DNA from: Anthoceros angustus
Taxonomy: Eukaryota > Plantae > Anthocerotophyta
Reading direction: 5' to 3'
DNA: 64,000 nucleotides
NCBI GenBank assembly: GCA_010909165.1
Contig: MU008150.1
Span: 124,001 to 188,000 of the forward strand
In this document: positions 44,515 through 57,499 of the stretch, one piece after another
Layout of the letters: each line of letters starts with the position of its first letter
How positions within the stretch are numbered: the stretch's first letter is position 1
Notes under the pieces: generated by a model
What the model saw: only the letters and a program-made list of their open reading frames with translations
What the model was told of the DNA's origin: nothing
Database searches by the model: none
Position numbers and translations under genes: made by a program

Positions 44515-46454
44515 GGGCGAAGGAGCAAAAGCTTTGCATATTTTTTGGCAAATGTGTGATGAAGGGTTCCAGCCAAATGTTAGGACCTTTGTCAGTGTTT
44601 AAAAAGGAGGCAAGCACTTGTGGACGGACAAAATGTGAAAGCAGAGTCACTGCGAATGGGCAGGAAAATTCATGTTCAGACCAGGGGTTTCAGATGTCTT
44701 TGTTGGTAGCACTTTGGTCAGCATGTATGCCAAGTGTGGAAGCATTAAAGATGCGCAGGAAGTCTTTGATGGTCTGTCACAGCACAATGTAGTATCATGG
44801 ACTGCCTTGATCACAGCATATGCTCAGCAAGAGCAAGGAGATCGGGCCTTGCAGATGTACGAGCAGATGCAGGAAGAAGGGTCGAATCAAACTCATGGAC
44901 CTTTGTGAGTGCACTCTGCCATGCAGCTGCATGAGTGAAAAGGAAGACAGTGGTTTTGTACATGGGCAGAAACTCAAGATCCAGTCTCTTGAAAGAGGAA
45001 GGAAAGTCCATGCTGCAGCGATCAGGAAGGGTTGCGATTCAGACGCATTTGTTGGTAGTGCATTGGTCAGTATGTATGCAAAGTGCGGAAGCACGAAGGA
45101 TGCTGAAGAGGTGTTTGATGGATTGGCCGAGCGCGATCTGGCAGCATGGAATTCCATGGTTGCAGCATATGCTGAGCAGGATGATGGGGAAAAGCTCTGC
45201 AGGTCTTTTTGGCAAATGCAAAAGCATGGTCTGAGACCTGATGCTCGGACTTTGTCAGTGCTCTCAAGCATGTGGCAGGATTGCTGAAAAGCACACAGAA
45301 CTTGTGGACGGGCAAGTTGTTAGGGTGGACTCGCTTAAGCAGGGAAAGGAAGTTCATGCTGATGCTGTCAGCATGGGTTTCTGGGTCGGACATCTTTGTC
45401 GGTAACACTCTCGTAACCATGTATGCCAAATGTGGAAGCATGACGGACGCAGAACAGGTGTTCAAGACCTTGTCTAACCGGGACGCAGTGTCCTGGACCG
45501 CCATGATCGCTGCTTATGCTCAGCAGGAGCGAGGAGACAGGGCTTTGCAACTGTATGTCGAGATGCAAGCAGCAGGTGTGAAGTCACATGAAGCGACATT
45601 CCTGTGTGTCCTGGAGGCATGCAGCCATACAGGCGCTTTGGACATCTGTGTGCGCACGCATCAGCATTGTGGAGAACGGACTGGAAACCAGTCCTTCTGT
45701 GACAACAAGGCTGATTCACGCGTACAGCAAATGTGGCAGCATTGTGGAGGCGCAGAAGGTTTTACCTCGCCCTGGCGTCATGGCATGGAATGCCCTAATC
45801 ACTGGCCACGCTCGACTAGGCGGATACTCTGCCACCATCCCATGCTACGAGCGGATGTGTGCGGCAGGCGTGAAACCAGATGGCGTCACGTTTCTGGCAC
45901 TCTTATCCGCATGCAGTCATGCGGGCATGGTCGATCAAGGACTGCGCTTCTTCGACAGCATGACCTCAGACCATGGCATCTCGGCAGAGCTAGAGCACTA
46001 TGCTTGTGCGATGGACCTGGTGGGCCGTGCCGGCAATTTCAGCAAGGCAGAGGAGCTGCTCTCCCAGATGCCAATGCAGCCTGACCTGCCCATCTGGTTG
46101 TCTCTGCTCGGTGCCTGCCAGAAACATGGCAACGTGCAGCTTGCAAGGCGAGCCTTCCATGGGGCAGTCTCTGTCGAACCCAAACATGCGGCAGCTTACG
46201 TTCTCATGTCAAACATCTACTCCGACGTCGCCATGTGGGAGTGTGCATCCGAGATACATGAGTTGAGGCAGCATGCTTCCGCCTGGAAGAAGCCCGGCCT
46301 GAGTTGGATCCAGCATGAAGATGAGGTGCATACGTTTCTTGTTAATGATGACAGACACGGGCAGACGCCAGCCTTGTATGGCTTGCTCAAAGACCTTCGC
46401 ATAGAACTGCAGGAGGCGGGTTACGTTCCGAAGACACCCGGGAGATCACTCTGA
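44515..46454 (+). pseudogene. PLS-class PPR gene with E/E+ C-terminus (RNA-editing-factor type), frameshifted
   Basis: Repeated [36 protein letters not shown]; EHYACAMDLVGRAG; WLSLLGACQKHGN; AAYVLMSNIY; KKPGLSWI..GYVP then stop. No DYW catalytic domain. Confidence 0.85.
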
Positions 46455-46637
46455 CATGCCCAAATGTAAAATCCGAATTATCATCCCCGCATATCGACAT
46501 CCTTCCCTCCAGGTTGGTTGCTTGTCCATTGTCGAAACAAACGGACATGAATTCAAGCCTGTCCGCAATCTGGGGCTGTCACACGTTCGTGGTTCAAAGG
46601 ATTTACTTAGACATGGCAAGCATGGTCTGAAAGATAA

Positions 46638-48280
46638 CTAACGATATTGGCCGTCAAACAGGCCGCTAAACGGCTCTAATACGAGGTTGTCCTCTGCCTC
46701 CTCAGGCTGGTCCTGTTGGACTGTCCATGACGATGTATCCCTCAAGCTGGATCTGGATGTCGGGGCTTCAACAGCCTGCCAGTGCTGTGGCTGGAGACTA
46801 AGAGTCTTAATAAAGTGTTCTATGGTTGGTCCCCAGACCGTATCTGCTAATTTCGAAGCACTGAAATCACTCGCATCCGTTATCTCTCTGACAGCCTTTA
46901 TCATCTCGTCGGCAGCATTCCACGAGCACTGATTCCATAGTCTTCCAATAGAAGTGACAGTCAGGGGCTCCGGCAAAGTCCGCAGCATCGCATTGAACTT
47001 ATTGCGAGCAGAAATGTCGAGAGGATGGCTGCCACAAGCAAAGCTTAGGCTCCATCAGCTTCACAACATTTGTCAAGGACTTTCAAAAGCATATTTGGGA
47101 CAGCAATCATCACCTGGAATCTGGAATGCTCTCTGGCCAAAGAGAAGGAGGCTTCTCCGGTAGTTTGGGGAACATGGATTCCAAGAGGAATTCGCTTTGT
47201 CTGCATGGCAAACAACCAAGAGCAATATAAGCCACAGAAATTGAAGTCAGGCAAAGAACAAAACATTCTCAAGAATGCTCACAACTTCCTGCACAATCCA
47301 TTGCTCAACAGACTGGCAACTGACCGATTCGAACCAAGGGCGCCATTGTTCTGTCACAGCAATCCTCGGTATAAGCAGGTAACAACAATCCCATCCTTCG
47401 CTTCAGCTGCAGCGTCCTCTGTTGCCTCTTCACTAACCCTGACGACGGTGTCTATCATCCGATCATTCACCTCCTGAATTTCTGACTCGAGCTTTCATAC
47501 TTACCCATCTGTTCAAAATATTATAGCCAGCCTCTTGATCAGAATTGCTTCTGCTCAGCAAAACAAGCTTCCAGTACTACAATTTGCGCGGGGCGCACAA
47601 GACAAGCGAGCATCCTTGATCAACCACGCACCTCCATTCTCGACCTCATCTTCCTTGCAATAATTTCCTCTGGAGATACCGATTGGTGAACACGGCTCAT
47701 TGAATTTCGTTTTCCTATCGTCCCATCATTCCATACCCCAAAAGGTTTTCCGGAGCCTTAAGAGATACCCATTGGGAACACGGCTCATTGTATTTCGTTC
47801 TCCTATCGTCCCATCATGAAACTCCCAAAGGGTCATCGAATTCAGCTCGAACTACCTCTGGATACACCGATGCGAGCTGCACAGCAGTTAACCGATCCAA
47901 TGTGTAATGGATGATAACACGGACGGAGCATTTCACAGGACCACTTTCCTAGATCCTACGATGTCTCAAGCCCCTGACTCAAAGGATTCCTGATCGGAAA
48001 TGGATACATACTGCGGTGGCAATCAGCCCATTCGGTTCCAATCTTGCATACAGAACAAGTCACACGACCTTAATCAGAGGAACCATGCCACTAAGACTCG
48101 GACTACTTGATTTAGTTTGATTATGCGGACCTTCCTTTTCTCTCGCAGAGTAACCTCCCGCAGGGTAATTCCATCAGTCTCCTCCCCAGCCGCATCTGCA
48201 TGGAGTCCATGCGCTTCTTGTGTCCCTGGTGGGAAGTTCGCGTGCACAGACGAGGTGCCCGAAGTATCTTGGTCGGCCAT
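46638..48280 (-). pseudogene. Unidentified degenerate coding region, partly duplicated at ~48760-49780
   Basis: Coding-like fragments. 46820-47460 aligns by eye with 48850-49720 (e.g. gacagtca(g)gggctccg; ttcgcttcagctgcagcgtcctc). Internal ~90-bp-period duplication at 47672/47762. Confidence 0.4.
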
Positions 48281-49072
48281 TGATAGACCGCTAATGCAAA
48301 AAACACTGATGACTCTCTTTGAGAGAAAAGCTAATAAATATGAGCTTCATAGTATCACACATGGTTCATGTATTTCCGGAATCACACCACGCATGAGATC
48401 GCTATATTAGAGTATTTTTATTATTATATTATATTATATTATATAACTCTGAGTATCTACAAATATATATCTTTAGTTAATATAATTTATACGGGTCTTG
48501 CCCAGGGTTCATCCTTCTACCAAATCGAATAGTCTAGATATCTACACTGATACCATTTGTGTCCAATGAAAAGCACCGTGTTCGAAGATGATGTTAGTCT
48601 AGATCATGAACAGCCACAACAAGCCATAATCGTAGACCACCAAGTACCCAGCTTCGAACTTCAGGTATCCGTTGCTGCTCTTCACTTGGGTACAATCGTG
48701 ATGAAACTGGAATGTTAGGAATGCAGGATCCTAGGAGGATAAGATCCAAAATAGTGTTATATTACACAGTCCCTACCCTGTCGAGATTGCTGAAAAGTTC
48801 GGTGGTTTGCTTTGGAAGCAAAACCAGATGTCATGTCAAATAAACCTACGGATGGTTCCCAGACTGTAGCTGCTGATTCGAATGCATTGGATTTCTCGGA
48901 CTCATCGCCGCTCGTCTCATCAGAATCATCTCGTGGGCAGCATCTCAAGAGCACCGGTTCCGTAGTCTTTCGATATAGCTGACAGTCAGAGGCTCCGACA
49001 GAGTCCGCGGCATTGCATTCAACTTGTCGCGAGCAGAAATGTGAAAAGGATTGCTGCCAAAGGAAAGCTAGA

Positions 49073-49316
49073 GCTTCATCACGAAGCTTCAGAAGGTAGA
49101 GTGCAGCGAGGAGCAGATCCACTCCCTATTGCTATCGGCGGGTGTAGAGCACAAGGATTTGTGGAGTTTGAGGAGTTTGTGAGGCTTTACCATTCTCTGC
49201 TAGAAAGCTGCCAGGATGGTGACGACACGCCCTCTGCTCCACAAGCCGATGACAGCAACGACGTCGGGCTTCGTGATGCTTTTGACGTTTTGACAAGAAC
49301 AAGGATGGCTTCATCA
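49073..49316 (+). pseudogene. Second EF-hand (CML-like) fragment inserted in the duplicated minus-strand segment
   Basis: Near-identical to 44385-44513, then continues LRDAFDVFDKNKDGFIS (with a 1-bp shift). Flanked by gcttcatca direct repeats. Confidence 0.7.
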
Positions 49317-49899
49317 GCTTCACACATTTGTCAAGGACTTTGAAAAGCAAAGTTTGGAAAGCAATCAACACCTGACTGTGTAATCTGGAGTCCTCTCAGG
49401 CCAAAGAGTAGGAGGCTTCTCCGGTAGTTTCCGGGAACAAGGATCTCTAGAGGAACAGTCTCTTTGTCTGCATGGCAAACAAAGGAACAAGACACAGAGA
49501 TTGCATTCAGGCACAGAAGCCAAAGATTCTCAAGAACGCTCACAATCTCCTGCAAAATGATTTCATTTCAATAGTTGCGCAACGGACCAATTCGAACCAA
49601 GGGTGCCATTTGTCTACCCCAGCAATCCCTCGGTATATACAGGTAACAACAATCCCATGGAATTCGCTTCAGCTGCAGCGTCCTCCGTTGCCTCTTCACT
49701 TATTTTGAGGTCTGTGTCAATCATATATCTTGTTGTCTGTCTATGCAAGATTGTACTCATACTTGCCAGTTCTCACAAGATGAGGCTGTAAATGGTGGCC
49801 TCAGCTCAGCAGGCATCCTTGTCCCCTTCTCAATTAGATAAGTTCAAGGGATTGCATGAGCTTCAGCAGTGCAGACAGTGCCAAGCTTTTCGAATGTCG

Positions 49900-50520
49900 G
49901 AAATTCGTTAACCTCTAACATCAGTCACTGTTCAAAGCTCCTCACAAAAAGACGGCATCAAGAGTCGCTTCTCTGGATGCAAAGCCTGTACAGCCATGCC
50001 AAACTGCTACCCACGGCTGCACAGACGAGGGGCCTCATGCTCCCAGAATGGGGCACTGCCATACCACCACCTTCCATAGCACTGCAGAGCTTACAGCCTC
50101 ATACCCGGCAGGAATGCCCTGCTACGACCCTGGCATTCCATGTCACCACATTCTGTTGACCTAGTCTGTCACACACCCTCTGATCATGAGCGTCCTTCAA
50201 GCTGCCACATTTTGCACCCGTGTTTATCAAGCTGGTGGCTACAAAACCCATCCGCGTCATCTCCTTGTGCCCTCATCTGTGCATGACGCTGCTGCACCTT
50301 CACCACAGCCAGGGTACCGACGAATGTATGAGAATTGGGTGCAGCCATGCCCTCATCATGCATAGCACCGTAGACACGAAGGGGCTCATGTTCGGGCTCA
50401 CTTTTGCAACGAAGTCCAGTGAGGAAGCTCTTCCTCACGTCAGAGACCATAGTCTATGCAAAATGACCGGCTTCAAGGAATTGATGAGCAAGCCGGGACG
50501 GAATCGGGTTCCAGTCTTCT
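49900..50520 (-). pseudogene. PLS-PPR gene remnant
   Basis: EPLRVYGAMHDEGMAAPNSHTFV; QNVVTWNA. Segment 50218-50400 recurs at 52148-52330. Confidence 0.6.
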
Positions 50521-50685
50521 AGAGACCACTGGAAAGTGGGACTAATGTTTATTTTTTCTCGGAGGATGAATGTATGGAATACCAAAGCACACAGAGGGGA
50601 CAGGGCACGTTTTGAGGGGACGGGGTACATGTTTTCGCAACTTTCTCGTACAATATGCCTAATACTAGGTCTCTATAAGAACATA

Positions 50686-51216
50686 CAGTCGGCCCCCCCT
50701 AATTGGGAATTCTATAAATGGGATTCCTCTCTAAATGGGACCTCCCATCCTACTCCCTTTAGTTTACAATGTAATAAATGGGACTTTTCCCTAAATGATA
50801 ATTGGGACCTTTTAAAACATACATTCATGTTAGTTTCACCTCCTAAATGGGATTTCTAATTTTTACTAAAAATTTAAAAAGAAAGAAAAAGAATCTATTA
50901 TTTGAGAGCACAATAGACTTTTAGGTGTGATTGAAGACTCTTAAGCTAAGCTTTTTCCTTTATGATAGATAGAGGTTTTTGATCGCTTAGAGAGAGTGCT
51001 AGCTTTCAAACAACTATATAAAGAACTGTTAAAAGTTATTTTTAGTGAAACCTATCAATCCAAATTTAAATTTTCTTTTTTTGGGTATTTTTTTTGATTT
51101 TTTTAAGTTTATAACATTTTTATTATTTTTAAATAGGGAAAATACAATCGGGACACTTCCCTTAATGGGACCTCTAAAGGCACTCCGAACCAGTCCCAAT
51201 TAGGGGGGGTGGACTG
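50686..51216. mobile_element. Tc1/mariner-pogo-type MITE (531 bp)
   Basis: TA|cagtcggccccccctaattggga ... tcccaattagggggggtggactg|TA: 23-bp TIR with 2 mismatches and a TA TSD. Repeated aatgggac subterminal motif; AT-rich, non-coding. Confidence 0.85.
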
Positions 51217-54200
51217 TACTCGCAAATCTTGGAAATCTTGGACGTCAAAACACACATGCTCATATGTCCGCTTTGGTGCCCTCACCATGCACAGAGGTGG
51301 TGATTTTCTTTGAAAAGTGTCTCTCTTTGAAAAGTGTCTCAATTTCAAAAGTGTCTCTCTTTCAAAAGTGTCTCTCTTTCAAACTCTAAAAATATAGAGT
51401 CAGAGTCATTGAAACATAGTGACTCTTTTTTGAAAGAGAGACATTTTTGAACGAGAGAGGCTTCCTCGAAAACAAGAGTATTTCTTGTTTAGTGCAATTA
51501 CATGGCGGCTTAACTCCAATTCGGTCACGGCCACGCTATCGGGTTGCCAAACCTTAACTTGTATGCGGCCATACCCTCGGTTGGCGAAACCCTACCTCGG
51601 CCGCACCATGGGTTCTAAGTAGGTGACTTTCAATTGTCTTATTCTTAGAGAACCCGAGCTTTATAAAAAAGGAAGAAACAAGATCGTGCTCGAAACGAGG
51701 AGACATGCCAAGGAGCGCAGAAAAGGCTCTCAGCAAGCAGGGTAGGCATGCAAAACCCGCAAGACGCCGAGGACCCCACAGCCACAGCTTGAAAAGGCTT
51801 CAGCTTTTCTCTCCACTTTTGCCACTCATCCTCGCTGAGCAACCTCCAATAGAGGGACATCATTTCGCCTGGACCAGACCTAGGCGAAACCTCATCGTGG
51901 TAGAAAAAGAAGCTGGTGCGATTCAGAATGCTTGGATGCAAGGGCGGGCCAGAAGCCAAGAACCTGCACCCTTCCCTGAGCAAGAGCAAAGGCCAGCTCT
52001 AGCGGGATGAGGAATAGATGAATCCAGAAGAAGACCCTACAGCACTTGCCCATAATGCTTTTCCTAAAGAGAAGCCTGCAACCCTTGAAGCCCGTCTCCG
52101 AGAAACTAGGAATACACACGCCTGCGGTTACATGCATGCAATAGCATCCGTGTTTATCAAGCTGGTGGCTACAAAACCCATCCGCGTCATCTCCTTGTGC
52201 CCTCATCTGTGCATGACGCTGCTGCACCTTCACCACAGCCAGGGTACCGACGAATGTATGAGAATTGGGTGCAGCCATGCCCTCATCATGCATAGCACCG
52301 TAGACACGAAGGGGCTCATGTTCGGGCTCATTCATCTGCGGGCAGGACACAGTTGTTTACGCAGCTTTCTCTGTCTGTGACTGCCACCTGCGAAGTCGTC
52401 CAACAGCGAGCGGTTCCGACAGGCTTTCACAATCTTCCGACAGAACGATGGCCACAGTGACCGGACTGCAACTCCGCTGTCTCGCTGTTTTACCCTGGCC
52501 AGGGACGCACGTCCTGGTAACCGGGCGACCGGCGGCTCCCGGTATCGGTAACCCGCTGCAAAAACAGATGAGGGAGCTGCGAGGAATGTTGGTCAAACAC
52601 GAGCTGCACCGATCCGCAAGGCGCCATTCGATCTGGGCCGTTACCGTTCACAAAGATGTCACAGTGGATCTTTGGAGACCAGGTTTATCCAAGCCCTCGG
52701 TTCAACAGAACGAGAACGAATCTCTCAGATCAGCATGCCCTGAAGTTCAAAACATTTTGCCATTGAGCTAGTTGGGACACAATTGATCCACGACCGGCTG
52801 CTGCTGCCAAGTATGTGGATCTGGATGTTGCTTTGCTGCTTTAGCAATGGCTGCCGGGGTGCTGGAGCAGCATCTGCTCCTGCTGTTGCTATTGCTGTTA
52901 CTGTTGACGCTGCTGCTGTTGCTATTGCTGTTACTGTTGACGCTGCTGTTGCTGTTGCTGTTACTGTTGACGCTGCTGCAAGGGCTGAGGCGGCTGCCGC
53001 TGCCACTGCCGTACATGCGCTGTTGTAGCAGCAGTGACTGCTGATGCTGCTGCTCCAGCTGCCGCTGCTGTTCCTGACGCTGAAGACGCAGGTGCGCCAG
53101 ATCAAGTGAAGTACTCTGCGCAAGATGTGGGACAGACGTGGTCGCCAGGGTGCTCTGTGCAGCCTGAGACCTGCCTGCTGACGGATGAGTTTGGTTCCTC
53201 AGTATACCCATCCAACCTGTTCAACACAGCGCAATTGAACCAGAAATAAGGCAACGAGAGATGGACAGTAAGCTACTTGAACCACACCACTCCATGCGCC
53301 TCCCCAATAGCCTCCCCTTACCTGGGTCACCACCTTGGGAAATTCTCCTGCCATTCCTCCGTCAGCAGGAGGCTGACCTCGGCACCTGGGAGCAGAATTA
53401 AGCAATTCGCTCGTCCTCTCCTGACCTTCCGCGAGCGTGTGCCTCTGCAGAGTTTCCGTTCTGCAACCAACAACTAACCCCATTCAGAAGAATTCCTCCA
53501 GACTCCGATTCACTGGTGGAAACCAATTCTATTTCAGCGGAAACCCCTAACGGACAACATAGTACGAAGCTCCCTCGTGTTCTGCTCCCCGCCCTGATGA
53601 AGAATCGCACCACCTGCACCAAATCAGACTATGGCACAACCTAGAGGGGCGAGCCAAACTCACAGCCTCTTGGCGTGACTCCTGGCCAGTCGTTTCCATC
53701 GCCGCCTGCATCCATGGCGGCCAACTTTGAGCTCAAGCCTTCGGCCACACTACCAATCCTTGGCAGCACCTCTTCTGCTTCGCTCAAAGAGCCCGGAAGT
53801 GGCACATCTGTATTTAAAGAAACCAGAGCCAAAAGAGCCATGTATTTAGTGTAAATCATATGTTTAGGGTAATTTATGTTATCTAGTAAGAAATGATTTT
53901 TAAGTTTATAACATTTTTATTATTTTAAATAGGGAAAATACAATCGGACACTTCCCTTAATGGGACCTCTAAAGGCACTCGAACCGTCCCAATTAGGGGT
54001 GGGATAAATCTTGGAAATCTTGGGCGTCAAAACACACATGCTCATATGTCCGCTGGTGCCCTCACCATGCAGAGGTGGTGATTTTCTTTGAAAAGTGTCT
54101 CTCTTTGAAAAGTGTCTCAATTTCAAAGTGTCTCTCTTTCAAAGTGTCTCTCTTTCAAACTCTAAAAATAGAGTCGAGTCATTGAAACATAGTGACTCTT

Positions 54201-55860
54201 TTTGAAAGAGAGACATTTTTGAAAACGAGGCTTCCTCGAAAACAAGAGTATTTCTTGTTTAGTGCAATTACATGGCGGTTTAACTCCAATTCGGTCACGG
54301 CCACGCTATCGGGTTGCCAAACCTTAACTTGTATGCCATACCTCGGTTGGCGAAACCCTACCTCGGCACCATGGGTTCTAAGTAGGTGACTTTCAATTGT
54401 CTTATTCTTAGAGAACCCGAGCTTTATAAAAAGGAAGAAACAAGATCGTGCTCGAAGCGAGGAGACATGCCAAGGAGCGCGAAAAAAGGCAAAGCGGGGT
54501 AGGCATGCAAAACCCAGAGGACCCCATGACCACTTGAAAGGCTTGACTTTTCTCTCCACTTTTACTCATCCTCGAGCAACCTCCAATAGAGGGACATCAT
54601 TTCGCTGGACGGACCTAGCGAAACCTCATCGTGGTAGAAAAAGAAGTGCGATTCGAATGCTTGGATGCAAGGGCGGGCGGGCCAAGAACCCGCACCCTTC
54701 CACGAGCAAGAGCAAAGGCCAGCTCTAGCGGGATGAGGAATAGATGAATCCAAGAAGACCCTCTGACTTGCCCATAATGCTTTTCCTAAAGAGAAGCCTC
54801 GCAGCCCTTGAAGCCCGTCTCAGAAACTAGGAATACACGCTGCGGTTGCTACATGCATGCAATAGCATCCTTGCGCTGCAATTGCAAGCATGCTCGAGCT
54901 AACTACATGCTCTTGCAGGAGGTGTGCTATTATATTCTTCGGAACCACAATAGAAAAGCAACTTACTCTTGAGCAGGAACTTGCGGTGCAGAAGACAACC
55001 TGCACGCAATCGGAGGGTGAGCAACGCTTGGTGTTGCCATTCAGGGTTTCCGCTGAAATAGAATTGGTGTCCACCAGTGAATCGGAGGAGTCTGGAGGAA
55101 TTCTTCTGAATCGAGTTAGTTTTGGTTGCAGAATGGAAACTCTGCAGAGGCACACGAACGTGGAAGGTTAGGAGGGATGAGCGCATTTTTGAAAACGAGG
55201 CTTCCTCGAAAACAAGAGTATTTCTTGTTTAGTGCAATTACATGGCGGTTTAACTCCAATTCGGTCACGGCCACGCTATCGGGTTGCCAAACCTTAACTT
55301 GTATGCCATACCTCGGTTGGCGAAACCCTACCTCGGCACCATGGGTTCTAAGTAGGTGACTTTCAATTGTCTTATTCTTAGAGAACCCGAGCTTTATAAA
55401 AAAGGAAGAAACAAGATCGTGCTCGAAGCGAGGAGACATGCCAAGGAGCGCGAAAAAAGGCAAAGCGGGGTAGGCATGCAAAACCCAGAGGACCCCATGA
55501 CCACTTGAAAGGCTTGACTTTTCTCTCCACTTTTACTCATCCTCGAGCAACCTCCAATAGAGGGACATCATTTCGCTGGACGGACCTAGCGAAACCTCAT
55601 CGTGGTAGAAAAAGAAGTGCGATTCGAATGCTTGGATGCAAGGGCGGGCCAGAAGCCAAGAACCTGCACCCTTCCCTGAGCAAGAGCAAAGGCCAGCTCT
55701 AGCGGGATGAGGAATAGATGAATCCAGAAGAAGACCCTACAGCACTTGCCCATAATGCTTTTCCTAAAGAGAAGCCTGCAACCCTTGAAGCCCGTCTCCG
55801 AGAAACTAGGAATACACACGCCTGCAGTTGCTACATGCATGCAATAGCATCCGCTTGCGC
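51100..55860 (+). repeat. Segmental repeats: ~51100-52150 recurs at ~53900-54870 and partly at ~55185-55850; includes a short aaagtgtctctcttt tandem repeat
   Basis: Near-identical strings, e.g. cttcctcgaaaacaagagtatttcttgtttagtgcaattacatggcgg at 51461, 54231 and 55201. Confidence 0.88.
52350..53860 (-). pseudogene. Degenerate Gln-rich gene fragment with a 30-bp tandem repeat (~52880-52975)
   Basis: QRQEQQRQLEQQHQQSLLLQQ; gctgttgctattgctgttactgttgacgct x3; GTAAG-type donor near 53320. Confidence 0.35.
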
Positions 55861-57499
55861 CTGCAATTGCAAGCATGCTCGAGACTGCGCTGACTACATG
55901 CTACTGCAGGGAGCTGGGTGCTATTATATTCTACTGCAGAACCACAATAGAAAAGCAACTTACTCTTGAACAGGAACTTGCAGGTGCTTTCTGTAAGACA
56001 ACCTGCACTGCAATCAGAGGGTGAGCAACGCTTGGTGTTGCCATGTGGTCAGGTCTGGACACCATGAAACAGATACATGCATGATTTTGCGACTGCTGTA
56101 TGCATGCTAAATGCTACTGCAGGCAGCTGGATGCTATTTAGTCTGCTGCCGAACCACAAACAAAGAAAACAACTTACGCTCGAACTTTCAGGTGCCTTCT
56201 GTAAGACTACCTGCGATTCTTGTAGTGTGCACATGATGGTCGGAAACGTGCTATCTATCAGCTAATCCTCCAAGCTTGACAAGTCTGCAGTATATTGGAA
56301 CTTAATAGCTTCCAGTCATGTTCAGAGAGAGTAACAACACCTGCCATGCTCTTAGCTTGATATGGGCGTTATGTGTTCTCCTCTTTAAATAGCCGTAACC
56401 AGCACATACGAAAACGAGCACTTGTAGCAATCAGACATAGCTTGAACTTCCATCATCAACATCAATCAGCCACAGTAGCACTAGCATGCAGATTGCAATG
56501 AGACCATGAACATTCATAGGCCTACAACGAGCATAAGTTGATAATAAAGGGGATCCATGCCATTCATCAAAATATGTTGTCCACTGTACAAAGCACAAAA
56601 CTGCATAGCCTGCATCCTACTCCATTTCCTATTGCGGCCCCCTTATGGGGCACCATTTGCCTCCCCCAACACACAGCATACAAAACAGCGTCTGTTCTGA
56701 AAGGGGTTTCTCCTGTCAAAAGGGGTTTTGGAAAAAATCCCAACCCTATTCCACCGAAAACCGAAGTTGGGCTGGTTTTTGTTGAGTTTTGTAGGTGTTC
56801 ATCCATCGGATTCGGGCATTCTCGGCTCCGGGACCACTTCCTGTCCGGTCATATACACTGCGGTGGCGCCATGCACTCGTGTGCATGGATACTTTGTCGG
56901 AGTGATGAAGGGGCTGTGACCGAATTCTTCCATAATTTCGGCATGTCAGTAGTTTCTGCAATTTGTGTGGTTCTATATGTTTTTGTATACCAAGTGGGGC
57001 TAGGCGGCGCGTAAGTGCGCCTAAACAAGGGTATGCAAACTTGTGACAAGGCAAAACAGTCACGAAATACATCATTCGGTGAGGAAATATGTCTTCTTGG
57101 AGGTGCATGGATGTGGCGGAAGCCCAGGGCGACATAAGAAGTTGCACAAATTGGTGGACGTCCACATAGACACGCCTCATCTATCTACCCTATGCCCTAA
57201 AGCTACGAAGAATACCCTATCACCTTTCTATCCTCTACGGTGTTTAGTCTCCTTGACAGTGACCTTGTGCGGATCATCATCAAACATGCCTTCAAAAGCA
57301 CCGATGGCCGTCCGGTTCCGTTGCCTGCCGCGGGTTCTTGTTGCGATTGGTCTTGGAAGTCGGATGTCTCTCATCACCGGTAGCGCAGCCGAACTACACC
57401 ACCCTTATTTGGATTTTCGTCCAAATCATCATTTTCCTCAATGCATCTCCCTCGGAACTTGGTGAGTACATCAGTTATCTTCAACCTGTTACCTTCTTC

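Noticed and set aside
48410-48545. AT-rich tract and weak hairpin as a Helitron end
   Set aside because: The hairpin is imperfect and not correctly spaced from a CTRR terminus.
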